From sequence record NC_061448.1: a DNA stretch of 64,000 bases. One strand, given 5' to 3'. The number at the start of each line of letters is the position of its first letter. The first letter of the stretch is position 1. Positions 45,983-55,190 of this stretch are shown in pieces. Made by a program: the position numbers and the translations under genes. A model generated the notes under the pieces. The model saw only the letters and a list, made by a program, of their open reading frames with translations, had not been told where the DNA came from and ran no database searches.

Positions 45983-46995
45983 TCGACTTCGCTACTGTTA
46001 AATTCGACGAAGACCGTCAACCGTACGTTGTTGAGCGCGGTGCGAAAGGCAAGTTCACTCGTCGCTATCTGAACGACGCCGAACAACAAGCGCACAAAGA
46101 GTGGGACGTCAAGCGTGTTAGCAAACTGAACGAAGCTGCTGTTCGTCCGGCTCGCGGCCAGACTGAATCTTTCCAGCACGTTGATACTGTGGGTACTGAT
46201 CGTGCCTCAGCGCGTAACTCTACTATGCGTACCGGCTACGGTTTGGCAGACGGTCCTACTGGTCCTGTGGGTCCTGGGCCTTGTCCTCGTGGTACCTGCG
46301 GTACGGAAGGTGAAGCAGGTTTTCCTATTCCTCCGTCAATCGAAAGCGGCCCAGATACAGAAGTGCCAATCGGCCCGCGTGTTGCACGTCGCTCTGTCAA
46401 TCTGATGGACAGCATTGCGCATCTGACTATCGCTCTGTATGAGTTCGGTGCGATTGACAACGCCTGTGTTGCTGATCTGCGTTCTCGCGTCCTTGACCTG
46501 TTTAATGGTCAGAACGAAGCTGATTCAGAAGATCGTATTCTCCCAGAAGACGAGCTGGTTCCTGCATACGACTATGTCCGCAGCATGGCATATTACATGC
46601 ACACTGCGTACTCCGAATCTCGTACTCAGGCTCCGTTGAAAGTTACAGGCTGGCACGCCGCGCCAATCATCACTTTGACTCAGTTCCTGATGGGTCAGGT
46701 ATTCCCTGACGGTGACATGGCATCTCGTGCTCAGTCTGGTGTGCTGCTGAATCGTGCAGACGAAGATATTCGTGCGCTCGCTCTGGACATCGTTACTGTC
46801 TACAACAACATTCAGGCTGACATTAGCGAAGCAGGTAATCGTCTGCTGGGTGAAGCACCTGAAGAAATCGGCGAAATCAATGTAGGCTTCGGCGAACTGT
46901 CTAAGATCGATGTTGTGCGTGGCGTTGACGAAATGCTGGAGTATCTGGTGATTCGTATCGACAGCCTGACGCAGATGATCAACGACCAACTGTAA
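45979..46995 (+). CDS. hypothetical protein with a short Gly/Pro-rich linker
   Basis: GPTGPVGPGPCPRGTCGTEGEAG segment. Confidence 0.8.
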   Translation: MIDFATVKFDEDRQPYVVERGAKGKFTRRYLNDAEQQAHKEWDVKRVSKLNEAAVRPARGQTESFQHVDTVGTDRASARNSTMRTGYGLADGPTGPVGPGPCPRGTCGTEGEAGFPIPPSIESGPDTEVPIGPRVARRSVNLMDSIAHLTIALYEFGAIDNACVADLRSRVLDLFNGQNEADSEDRILPEDELVPAYDYVRSMAYYMHTAYSESRTQAPLKVTGWHAAPIITLTQFLMGQVFPDGDMASRAQSGVLLNRADEDIRALALDIVTVYNNIQADISEAGNRLLGEAPEEIGEINVGFGELSKIDVVRGVDEMLEYLVIRIDSLTQMINDQL

Positions 46996-47011
46996 TCTGC
47001 TGTGGAAATAG

Positions 47012-47048
47012 AAAAGGGCGGCCCTCGTGATTGAGAGTCGCCCTTTTT
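47012..47048. terminator. bidirectional intrinsic terminator at the +/- strand junction
   Basis: AAAAGGGCGGCCCTC...GAGAGTCGCCCTTTTT between convergent genes. Confidence 0.85.
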
Positions 47049-47051
47049 GCG

Positions 47052-47516
47052 TTATAGCGCTAAACCTATTCCGATAGCTGCTGCAATACGCGTCAACCAC
47101 AATTGAAAATCTGCTGACTTCTGATCTTCAATTCGTGCCTTACGCTCTGCTGCTAAGTCATCGGATAATCCATTCGCTCTCACCTCTTCGGCTTGAGCCA
47201 AACGCAGTAGTTTGTTGCGTTCATCAATCGTCAGATTCAGCACATCGAGTAGCTTGTTTCGTTCCTCGGTGCGCGTCTTGCCTGACTCATACAGATTAAT
47301 CAAATCAACCATTCCCTTGTTATCGAGCACTGCAACCTTCTTGTCGTCTACAACTTTGATAACGACCTGTGGCTTGGCAGGAACAGCTTCCTTTTCCCAC
47401 TCGACTTTGTTGATCTGCTGAATATCTTGCATGGTTGTTTTCTTGGTCGCGTCGATGTTAGACAACGAACTGCAACCAGTCACTAGCAAGCACAGGAGTA
47501 ACGTGATTATTTTCAT
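47052..47516 (-). CDS. outer-membrane lipoprotein, spanin-like
   Basis: lipobox LVTG-C with +2 Ser, coiled coil, hydrophobic C-terminus. Confidence 0.7.
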   Translation of the reverse strand: MKIITLLLCLLVTGCSSLSNIDATKKTTMQDIQQINKVEWEKEAVPAKPQVVIKVVDDKKVAVLDNKGMVDLINLYESGKTRTEERNKLLDVLNLTIDERNKLLRLAQAEEVRANGLSDDLAAERKARIEDQKSADFQLWLTRIAAAIGIGLAL

Positions 47517-47809
47517 AGCTTATTGTACCTGTCCACCAGCTCGTCCATGCTGTCATCTTCACTAGGAGGCTTAACGTCAGTCTCAGGCTTCCGCGTGTTC
47601 AGATCTTTCACCGCATCGTTAACAGTCTTGCTGTCTTGGACTTGGTTCTCGATTGCTGCTTCACGCGTATTCTCAGCGGCTTTCTGCTCACCTGTAGTCG
47701 TTGAAGGACTTGTCTTCGGACGGCGGAACAACAGCACACCGACAACAAGCACAACAACAGATGCGAAAACCTTCCAGTATTTCATAAACACTTCAATAGC
47801 CTTAGACAT
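47513..47809 (-). CDS. inner-membrane-anchored protein, i-spanin-like
   Basis: N-terminal TM followed by RRPK and a hydrophilic helical domain; overlaps the lipoprotein gene; start corrected. Confidence 0.6.
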   Translation of the reverse strand: MSKAIEVFMKYWKVFASVVVLVVGVLLFRRPKTSPSTTTGEQKAAENTREAAIENQVQDSKTVNDAVKDLNTRKPETDVKPPSEDDSMDELVDRYNKL

Positions 47810-47823
47810 AATCACGCACTCCA

Positions 47824-48132
47824 CTATTCGTCTGTCTTTTCTTCCTGCTTCTGCGCTTTAGACGTTTGCGTGTTGATAAGGTTCTCAACAGTGAATGCCA
47901 AAGAGAAGTAGGTGAGATGGTCCGTCTGGTTGTTCACCAGCATACCGATAAACATACCGGTAGAAACAAACACGGCGCCAATGGAAGCGATTGGATTCAG
48001 CGTCCAATACTCTTTCCAGTTCAGGCCTTCCCGCTTAGTCTTGACAACATAGTTAGTCAAAACCCCGCCGATGTATGAGAACAGGAAGGCCACAATTTGA
48101 ATCGTCGGCATTTGTGACAGTGCATCAGTCAT
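47824..48132 (-). CDS. probable holin (about 3 TM)
   Basis: three hydrophobic helices and a charged C-tail, next to spanin-like genes; start corrected. Confidence 0.55.
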   Translation of the reverse strand: MTDALSQMPTIQIVAFLFSYIGGVLTNYVVKTKREGLNWKEYWTLNPIASIGAVFVSTGMFIGMLVNNQTDHLTYFSLAFTVENLINTQTSKAQKQEEKTDE

Positions 48133-48154
48133 TGTGCAATACTCCATATTAGAC

Positions 48155-48183
48155 AAAAAGAAAGGGCAGCCGAAGCCGCCCTT
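48155..48183 (-). terminator. intrinsic terminator
   Basis: AAGGGCGGC-TTCG-GCTGCCCTTTCTTTTT on the - strand. Confidence 0.85.
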
Positions 48184-48188
48184 ATCGA

Positions 48189-48428
48189 TCAAAGTTGATC
48201 AGCTGTAATCTGACCATCTTGATACAGTTCACGCTTACGCGTTTTCCACGCCGAGGAGACTTCTGAGAAGAACTCCTTCATGCGGTCGTCGTCAAGTTCA
48301 AACGGTTGCTGTACGCCATACTTCTCGCACATACCGTTAAACGTTGTCGCATACTCCTGTTGGAGCAGGGATTTGTCTGCGCTCACGCTCGTGTATTGCT
48401 GCGCTTTTAACGCTACTGTTAGTTGCAT
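48189..48428 (-). CDS. small hypothetical protein
   Basis: GAGGA SD; KYGV..P.ELDDDRMKEFF pattern. Confidence 0.75.
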   Translation of the reverse strand: MQLTVALKAQQYTSVSADKSLLQQEYATTFNGMCEKYGVQQPFELDDDRMKEFFSEVSSAWKTRKRELYQDGQITADQL

Positions 48429-48463
48429 GATACCGTCCTCTTAATGTGTACTCGCATAAATTA

Positions 48464-49063
48464 TCATGCGAATTTCAAAACGAGGTCGTTGACAATCACT
48501 GCTTTCGACTGGTCAGTGACAGCGGTATTGTTTGCATACACTTTACCACCAACAAGTTTCAAGTCAGCGTTTGAGTTCTCACTGCCAACACTACAGATAG
48601 CGAGGAACGCGACACCTGCATCGTTGTTGCCTGTCTGCAAGTTAATCGTGTTTGAGTACGCACCCGCAACGATACACCAAGTAGGCGTTTCATCTTTCAG
48701 GAAGTAACACGAACGATTATCACTGTACGAAACAGCAAGACGCATGTTCATCGCAGACGCAAGCAGCACAGGAACGTTAGCGGCGTTGAGAGTCATCGCA
48801 GCTTTGTTACCTGTCACACCGCCAACGTAGTCAGCAACGCGAGCGGACAACAGAGGACCGATGCGCGTATAGATTGCGTTGTTACCCGCCAACTGAGTTG
48901 CCTCTGCAAGCAGCTCCTGCACTTCTGCTTTAGTCGGCATCGCACCTGTATAAAACAGAATTGAGTTGGTGGTATTGGTGAACGATGTAGGTACTGCTGT
49001 TCCTACAAGACCGTTATACGCGTTACGCATCATCGCGTTTGCAGTAGCAGGGAGCATTTTCAT
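48464..49063 (-). CDS. array virion protein, short type
   Basis: FYTGAMPT...SVGSENSNADLKLVGG...DLVLKF. Confidence 0.75.
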   Translation of the reverse strand: MKMLPATANAMMRNAYNGLVGTAVPTSFTNTTNSILFYTGAMPTKAEVQELLAEATQLAGNNAIYTRIGPLLSARVADYVGGVTGNKAAMTLNAANVPVLLASAMNMRLAVSYSDNRSCYFLKDETPTWCIVAGAYSNTINLQTGNNDAGVAFLAICSVGSENSNADLKLVGGKVYANNTAVTDQSKAVIVNDLVLKFA

Positions 49064-49974
49064 TACACACCCTCCAGGAAGTTATCCGCGATACGAATCG
49101 TGAAATCAGATACAGCCATAGTACCATACTGACCAATCGAAGACGTGCCCAGAGTAATGTCAGTACCTACATCAAGCACAATGCCGTAGTAATCTTCCGG
49201 CACAGAACCCATATAAGTAGCGACGCCGGTAGGCACTGCGAGAGTCAGCGGCACAAGCACCACATGCGTGAATGCAGCAACAACGAAGTCACTCGCTTTC
49301 TCTGCATACGGCGTGAACAACAACTGGTTGGTTGTTGACGTGCCGTTCATGCTCAGGCGAAGTTTACGCGCAACAATATCAAGACCGTCGTTCATGCCAC
49401 TGACAACAACGATACGCGTCCAGACGAGAGTAGTAGGGTCCTGATACTCAAGACGGATGTTGCCTACGTTCAAGATGCTTGCGTTGGGCACAAAGAAAGA
49501 ACGGAAGCGCAGAGTACGACCGTAATCGTATTCAACCGTATCGTTAGCATCCCACGAAGGAGTTATGCCGGTAGTCACATCAGAACAAGCAGCAACGTTT
49601 GCCAGCACCTGTTGAGGAGTCTTCGACCAACCCGCTTGAGGAGTATAGCGAGAATACTCAGGGTAGACCGCATACGTCTGCACAGCTTGCTTGGTCAGTG
49701 GGTCAAACGTAACACGACCCTGGCCATATCCACCGATAGGCATCAGACTACGCACACGCGAGAACTGACGACACAGAATACCGTTAGCGTCTGCTACTTG
49801 CGTTTGGTACTTTAACTCAACAGCAGCGCGTGAACTCGCAACCAAATCGACGAACGCTTTAGGTACGCTGTTACTATTGCCGTTGCGAAAGAACGCTGCC
49901 CAGCCACTGGTATTAGCTGACGTACCGACTGTTTGCAGTAGCTGATACAGCGCTTGCTTTTCAGAGGTAATCAT
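49063..49974 (-). CDS. array virion protein, long type with a discoidin-like insert
   Basis: VEYDYG...VWTRI...ARKLRL. Confidence 0.72.
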   Translation of the reverse strand: MITSEKQALYQLLQTVGTSANTSGWAAFFRNGNSNSVPKAFVDLVASSRAAVELKYQTQVADANGILCRQFSRVRSLMPIGGYGQGRVTFDPLTKQAVQTYAVYPEYSRYTPQAGWSKTPQQVLANVAACSDVTTGITPSWDANDTVEYDYGRTLRFRSFFVPNASILNVGNIRLEYQDPTTLVWTRIVVVSGMNDGLDIVARKLRLSMNGTSTTNQLLFTPYAEKASDFVVAAFTHVVLVPLTLAVPTGVATYMGSVPEDYYGIVLDVGTDITLGTSSIGQYGTMAVSDFTIRIADNFLEGV

Positions 49975-49983
49975 AGATCCTCC

Positions 49984-50517
49984 TTAGAATTTGATACGCA
50001 GATCAGCAAGACGCACAGGCTGGTTGAGCGCAACAGTACCGCCGAAGATTCGCAGGTCAGCTGAGGAGTTTTCATCACCCACAGTGCCAGTAATAACTAC
50101 CGTGGCGTTGGTGCCAGCAACAAAGCCCGCCCAAGTATCCGCCGCAGAGGCAGCGGTAGTCATACGTAGCATGAACCACGTAGGAGTTCCGGCAGCCGCC
50201 ACAGTAGCGAGATTAGACTGACCGCCAATGGGCAGCGACAGAATGTTGTTGTCGTAGTCCATGACAGGCTGAATAGACTGAACTACACAGTTAGCCAGCA
50301 TCTGCGTCTGAGTTGCGAAAGCAGCGATAGCGGCGGCGTTCCACGTAAATTGAGAGGCAGTTGTTGTGTTCAGTGCAGTTAACTGGTCGTCAGTAGGAGG
50401 AGTGCCTGAGAACAGCGCAACATGAATCAAGTTTGCTGCGATGTTTGAGCCGGGAGTCATACGCTGAAAGAGAGCAGCCATTGCCTGAGTGCTATTGTAT
50501 GCTTTAGACGCGCGCAT
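49984..50517 (-). CDS. array virion protein, short type
   Basis: LFSGTPPT...GTVGDENSSADLRIFGG...DLRIKF; start corrected. Confidence 0.75.
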   Translation of the reverse strand: MRASKAYNSTQAMAALFQRMTPGSNIAANLIHVALFSGTPPTDDQLTALNTTTASQFTWNAAAIAAFATQTQMLANCVVQSIQPVMDYDNNILSLPIGGQSNLATVAAAGTPTWFMLRMTTAASAADTWAGFVAGTNATVVITGTVGDENSSADLRIFGGTVALNQPVRLADLRIKF

Positions 50518-50518
50518 A

Positions 50519-51583
50519 TTAGTAAACCTCCAGTGTTGCAGGACGGTAGGTGACAGTGAACGCACCGACAGATTGTTCTTGCCCAGGCACAACGGTAGCG
50601 TCGTTGAGCAGAAGATCGAAGTTAGTGCTCTGTTTGAGGTCGTCAGTAACCGTCAGTCCGTAATGAGAGAAGATGCGGCTGAACGACACAGGGTTGATGT
50701 TCATACCGATTGAGATACTTCCCCATGAAGAGCCGTAGATAACAGGCATCATCACTGCATGTTGGATCTTGCCCAGAGTACGAGGTGCAGTACCCGCAGC
50801 GTAGTCGCCATAGAAGTGCAGAGCAAACACACCGTAGCCCGTAGACGCAAACGGGTTAGTCGCAGCTTTAGACACAAGGCGGAAGCGACGTCCCTGAATA
50901 GTTGCAGGAAGCTGGTAGAACTTCTCTGAGTTGGCCGTGTTGATAGTCAGATTTGCAGTTACGTTGGCAACATCAGTCCAAGTGCTACCTACCTGCATCT
51001 GCAACCAGATAGCGTTTGCTACGGCTGTGTTTAAAACGTTGTTCGTACCTGCGGTCTGCGTGAATGCTCCGAGAGAGTTAACAACAACCTCAGCACCAAA
51101 ATCATATTCAGCAATAGTCCACGAACCATCCGCGTTAGCAGTCTTAACAGGCATTACAGAAGAAGTCGCAGACGGCGCAGCACACGGTCCCTGAACAGCA
51201 GATGTTGTTGAGCAGCAGCGATGCCACAAGATAGAAGCGAACAGCATGTCCAGTTGATACTGGTAGTTCGTGACGTTGGCGATAAGATCTTGGTACGACG
51301 CACTGTATCCCGCAAAAGTAACTTTAGGCAGAACGCGTTTACCACGGAAGCCTTGAGCAGTAGTCCACGCCGGTGGAGGTGAAGTCTGGTAGCTGGTGCT
51401 GTTAGGAATAAGGTTCTGTTGGCCGCCACCCGCTTGGGACTGTAAGAACGCGCGGCCAGATACCATGTTGTTCAGCAGCGTTTGCATGTCGTAGTTGACG
51501 GCAGCAGGAAGATTCCCTTCCATGAATGCACCGTACACGACGGTCAGTGCGTTTTGGTAAATCGGTAGAATTTTCATATTCAT
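50519..51583 (-). CDS. array virion protein, long type with a discoidin-like insert
   Basis: IAEYDFGAE...TWTDV...LPATIQGRRFRL. Confidence 0.75.
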   Translation of the reverse strand: MNMKILPIYQNALTVVYGAFMEGNLPAAVNYDMQTLLNNMVSGRAFLQSQAGGGQQNLIPNSTSYQTSPPPAWTTAQGFRGKRVLPKVTFAGYSASYQDLIANVTNYQYQLDMLFASILWHRCCSTTSAVQGPCAAPSATSSVMPVKTANADGSWTIAEYDFGAEVVVNSLGAFTQTAGTNNVLNTAVANAIWLQMQVGSTWTDVANVTANLTINTANSEKFYQLPATIQGRRFRLVSKAATNPFASTGYGVFALHFYGDYAAGTAPRTLGKIQHAVMMPVIYGSSWGSISIGMNINPVSFSRIFSHYGLTVTDDLKQSTNFDLLLNDATVVPGQEQSVGAFTVTYRPATLEVY

Positions 51584-51614
51584 GCCCTTGGTTTAAAGAC
51601 AGTTCAAATTAATG

Positions 51615-51638
51615 ACGTGGCAGCCGAAGCCACCACGT
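51615..51638 (-). terminator. UUCG hairpin between cassette pairs (weak terminator or processing site)
   Basis: ACGTGGTGGC-TTCG-GCTGCCACGT, no strong U-tract. Confidence 0.55.
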
Positions 51639-51643
51639 GTGTC

Positions 51644-52168
51644 TTACAGTTGAATGGTAAGATCGAGGAAGCGATATGCTTGACCTGTCTTAATCGTGCC
51701 GCCAATGAACTGTAGTTCTGCATCACTGCCTTGAGCACCGACACTACCAATCCAGAACGGACCAGTAAGACTCGCACTATAGTTGAACCCAGCCCAGTTG
51801 TTCGATGCGTTTGCAGGCAGAATGCGAGCTACATAGAACGTCGGTGTACCATCCGCAATGCCTGTCAGTGTAGAAGCCTGGCCAGCAAGGGGCAGCGTAA
51901 CGGTACGCGCATTGACGTTGACGATAGGCGTGATTGCAGCAGACGCAAGAACACCAAGAAAGTCAGCAGACGTCAGACCTAAGTTAGTAACAATCGTGCT
52001 CCAGTTGAGCAAGCTGTTCACAGTCCCTGGTCCCATCAGATCGAGTGCTTTACTGATCTTAGGCGCAGTGCCTTTGAACAGACCGATGTGAAGCCCGTTA
52101 GCTACAATCGCCGTAGCAGGAAACGCAGCATTCATCTGAGCAAGCGAAAGACCTTTGTTACTAATCAT
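51644..52168 (-). CDS. array virion protein, short type
   Basis: LFKGTAP...GSVGAQGSDAELQFIGG...DLTIQL. Confidence 0.75.
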   Translation of the reverse strand: MISNKGLSLAQMNAAFPATAIVANGLHIGLFKGTAPKISKALDLMGPGTVNSLLNWSTIVTNLGLTSADFLGVLASAAITPIVNVNARTVTLPLAGQASTLTGIADGTPTFYVARILPANASNNWAGFNYSASLTGPFWIGSVGAQGSDAELQFIGGTIKTGQAYRFLDLTIQL

Positions 52169-53241
52169 ACGCCCCTCCCGACGATTGCATCTTGTTTAAC
52201 ACGGAACATCGGCACAGGCGGTTCACCAAGCGCAGTGCTGTACGTTGTGTCAGGCATCACCACGTCATACGAACCTGCTTGCTTGAGATCGTCTGTGACA
52301 GTGAAGTGCGTCATGCTGAAATACCGTCCTGCAACAGTCGCTTCTACAGCAGGCCAGTTGAAGTGCCACTGGGTGCTATTCGCGTAGCTGGCGTTTGCTA
52401 TCAGGTTCAGTACAGACATATGCTTATACTTACCTAACGTGCGCGGTTTCGTTCCGGTATAGTTACCATAGAACTGCAAGCTAAACGGATAATGCCCTGT
52501 AGTAGACCACGGCCACGCGACTGTTTTGTTAATCAGGCGGAACTTCTGTGCCTTAACAGAAGTCGGCAGAGTGTAGGCCACGGCAGACCAGTTAGACGTA
52601 GTGCGCACATTCGCATAGCAGTCAACAGCATCTACCCACTGACCATCGACGTATGCTTGCAGCCAAGTACCGTTAGTGCCAAGTACCATAAGAGCAGCAA
52701 CAGCAGCACCGATAGAGACACCAACCAGCCCTTTTACTTCCATCTCAGCGCCAAAGTCATATTCAGCGATCAGCCAGTTGCCAGCTTCTGTCAGACTGTA
52801 CTGAGGACTCAAAAACAGAGCGGTATTGATTGAGAACTGAGTACCAACTGTGCCCATCTTGTGTGCTAAGATGGTTGTGGCAACACTCTCATTATACTTG
52901 CCGACAGTGGCAGGAAAACGTGCGTCCAGAGCAGGTAGACGAACTTTAGGCACGACACGCTGCATCGCATTGATAGCAGCACCGTAACCCAAGTTACCAC
53001 TGAACTCTACCCACGCAGGATAGAAGTTCGTGCTCAGGAATGTTGATGCAGTTACAGGAGTAAACTGCCAGCGAAACGGTGCACCCGACACAGGTTGCTT
53101 TTGAAGCAGACGAATAGCGATAGCATCATTGAACGTGCTGTGAATGCCACGCTCGCCACCAGCAGGTACATCCGTGTCGTACAACAGACCGAGAGAAAAC
53201 ACGGAGGCTACGTTCGCTGATTGATACGGAAAGAGTTCCAT
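52165..53241 (-). CDS. array virion protein, long type with a discoidin-like insert
   Basis: IAEYDFGAE...QWVDA...LPTSVKAQKFRL; clear paralog of 50519-51583. Confidence 0.75.
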   Translation of the reverse strand: MELFPYQSANVASVFSLGLLYDTDVPAGGERGIHSTFNDAIAIRLLQKQPVSGAPFRWQFTPVTASTFLSTNFYPAWVEFSGNLGYGAAINAMQRVVPKVRLPALDARFPATVGKYNESVATTILAHKMGTVGTQFSINTALFLSPQYSLTEAGNWLIAEYDFGAEMEVKGLVGVSIGAAVAALMVLGTNGTWLQAYVDGQWVDAVDCYANVRTTSNWSAVAYTLPTSVKAQKFRLINKTVAWPWSTTGHYPFSLQFYGNYTGTKPRTLGKYKHMSVLNLIANASYANSTQWHFNWPAVEATVAGRYFSMTHFTVTDDLKQAGSYDVVMPDTTYSTALGEPPVPMFRVKQDAIVGRGV

Positions 53242-53250
53242 AGCGCGTCC

Positions 53251-53829
53251 TTAGCTGAATGTGATGTTGTTGAGAGAGATAGTGCCATTCAGGTTGAACG
53301 TACCATCACCGTTGTCAGTGAGCGAAGCACCCATGCTGATCAAATCTTGCGGGGTGAACTCAAGCACGGAGGCAATCGTCGCAGTACCTGTAGTCATAGC
53401 AGTTGTGTTACTGCCGAGCATCAGATACATACGATTGAATGCTTTTGCGTAGCTGAAACGACCGAGCAGGTTGTTCAGGTCCAGTGTACGCTTACCACCA
53501 CCAGCATTAATGATGCGGACGTTACCGGAAGAAGCAAATGCAGTGTCCATGACGACACCCGGCGCGTTTGCTGTCAGATAAGTACGCAGCGTGTTAAGAC
53601 TGAACAGGGCTTGTGCTTGGTTATGCCACACTGAATCAGGTATCGTGTCACCCGAAGAAAACACAATCACTGCGGTAGGCTCTGTCGAGATATGACTGCC
53701 ACCCGCTTGTAGCGTGTTTGCGTTGTAGCTGGCCAGAGTGGACGGGGCCCACGGTTGGTCTATTGTAGGGTTGACAGCAGACCCTAAAGAATCGCCACGC
53801 ATATTGAGCATCGCTTTAGAGATATACAT
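53251..53829 (-). CDS. array virion protein, short type (divergent)
   Basis: IVFSSGDTIP pattern; coupled to its long partner. Confidence 0.7.
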   Translation of the reverse strand: MYISKAMLNMRGDSLGSAVNPTIDQPWAPSTLASYNANTLQAGGSHISTEPTAVIVFSSGDTIPDSVWHNQAQALFSLNTLRTYLTANAPGVVMDTAFASSGNVRIINAGGGKRTLDLNNLLGRFSYAKAFNRMYLMLGSNTTAMTTGTATIASVLEFTPQDLISMGASLTDNGDGTFNLNGTISLNNITFS

Positions 53830-54734
53830 CAGCTACTCCTTTGTGTGAAGCGAAGTTTAGGACAGTACATCATGTTCTTCCGATTAGGGATAACCTGATC
53901 AGTTAACTTGAATGGACCCTGAGTACCTACAGCGCCCGCAGTATACATGATCTCGTCGCTGTAATTAATGTCACCGTGCGTGAACGTGTTGCAGTGCGCG
54001 AGTGCTGCCCACGTAGGTGAAGTCACAACACTCGCAGAAGGTACGTCCACAGAACTAAGCAGAATGCGCATAGCACTCTGAGTAGTCAGGTTTGCAGATT
54101 TAAAGCGATAACGCTTAGACGCTTTAGGTGCAGACAGAGCCAACACCGTAGCGTCACCCGTGATAGACGTTGCAGTACCGAGTGTCGATTCAGTCTGACC
54201 ATCATCTGATAGTGCAACCAACTGGAAACCATCAGTCACGGTGCTATTGAATTTCAGGTGAGTCACAGTAACAGCAGCGTCGAACTCAACGTCAATATCA
54301 ACGCCAGCAAAACGAGTAGCAGGAACAGCAACGCTACCAGCACCCATAATCAAGGAGATGTTACGATCAGTAAGGCCTGAACGAGTGATACGATTAGGCA
54401 CAAGTTGAGATACCACAATAGCAGCAGTGCCAACGGTCCCATAGTACGATACCCCTTTAGGGATGTACTGAGATTGAAGGGCAAGTGCGATGACGTTGCC
54501 GTTCTCAATTCCAGTAATAGGGTTTCGCACGATACCGATAGACTGGTTGTACATATCGGCAAGTGACTTATTGTTGAAGGCCGCATCAAAGCCTTCTTTC
54601 GACGTAGGCAGTTTGCCACTGAACGCGAAGATATTCCAACCAGCGCCAACGTTAGGGTCGTTGACCAAGTTGGCCGTGTTCGCGTTAGAGCCAACAACTG
54701 ACTGCGCCATAGTACGTGTGTTAATGATCTTCAT
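53829..54734 (-). CDS. array virion protein, long type with a discoidin-like insert
   Basis: AFSGKLPT...DVEFDAAVTV...SAPKASKRYRF. Confidence 0.72.
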   Translation of the reverse strand: MKIINTRTMAQSVVGSNANTANLVNDPNVGAGWNIFAFSGKLPTSKEGFDAAFNNKSLADMYNQSIGIVRNPITGIENGNVIALALQSQYIPKGVSYYGTVGTAAIVVSQLVPNRITRSGLTDRNISLIMGAGSVAVPATRFAGVDIDVEFDAAVTVTHLKFNSTVTDGFQLVALSDDGQTESTLGTATSITGDATVLALSAPKASKRYRFKSANLTTQSAMRILLSSVDVPSASVVTSPTWAALAHCNTFTHGDINYSDEIMYTAGAVGTQGPFKLTDQVIPNRKNMMYCPKLRFTQRSS

Positions 54735-55189
54735 TAGCTCACCACCGGTGCAACAGATTTGTTATTTGCTTTCGTGTCAGACAGGTCAAGCGCAGGAACC
54801 GACACACGGAATACGATGTTGTCGTACAGTGGATCGATTGTCTGGTCAGTGACGAAAGAGCCTGTGACGAGAGCAGCATCAATACGAGTAGCCGGAAGAC
54901 TAGACGCGAACGTGCGTGGCGTAAACTTCGACTGCACCTGAGTAACGAGAGCACCCACCAGAACAATCTGATCAACCATGTTGACTTGTTGCGCCTTGAT
55001 CTGTGTGCGATGATACATAACAAGGCTAAGCTGGTCAGCGTCAGTTAGTTGCTGGCGCGTTGTTGCCGAAACACCTTCTGACGTGCTGCGCTTAAGGGGC
55101 TGAGAGTTGGCACTGATCTCAATCTGCGACATAACGAACACGAAGTCAGCAAAGAGATCCGGGTCATACGCAATAACTGGTACGAACAT
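54734..55189 (-). CDS. array virion protein, short type (divergent)
   Basis: 151 aa, coupled. Confidence 0.65.
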   Translation of the reverse strand: MFVPVIAYDPDLFADFVFVMSQIEISANSQPLKRSTSEGVSATTRQQLTDADQLSLVMYHRTQIKAQQVNMVDQIVLVGALVTQVQSKFTPRTFASSLPATRIDAALVTGSFVTDQTIDPLYDNIVFRVSVPALDLSDTKANNKSVAPVVS

Positions 55190-55190
55190 G

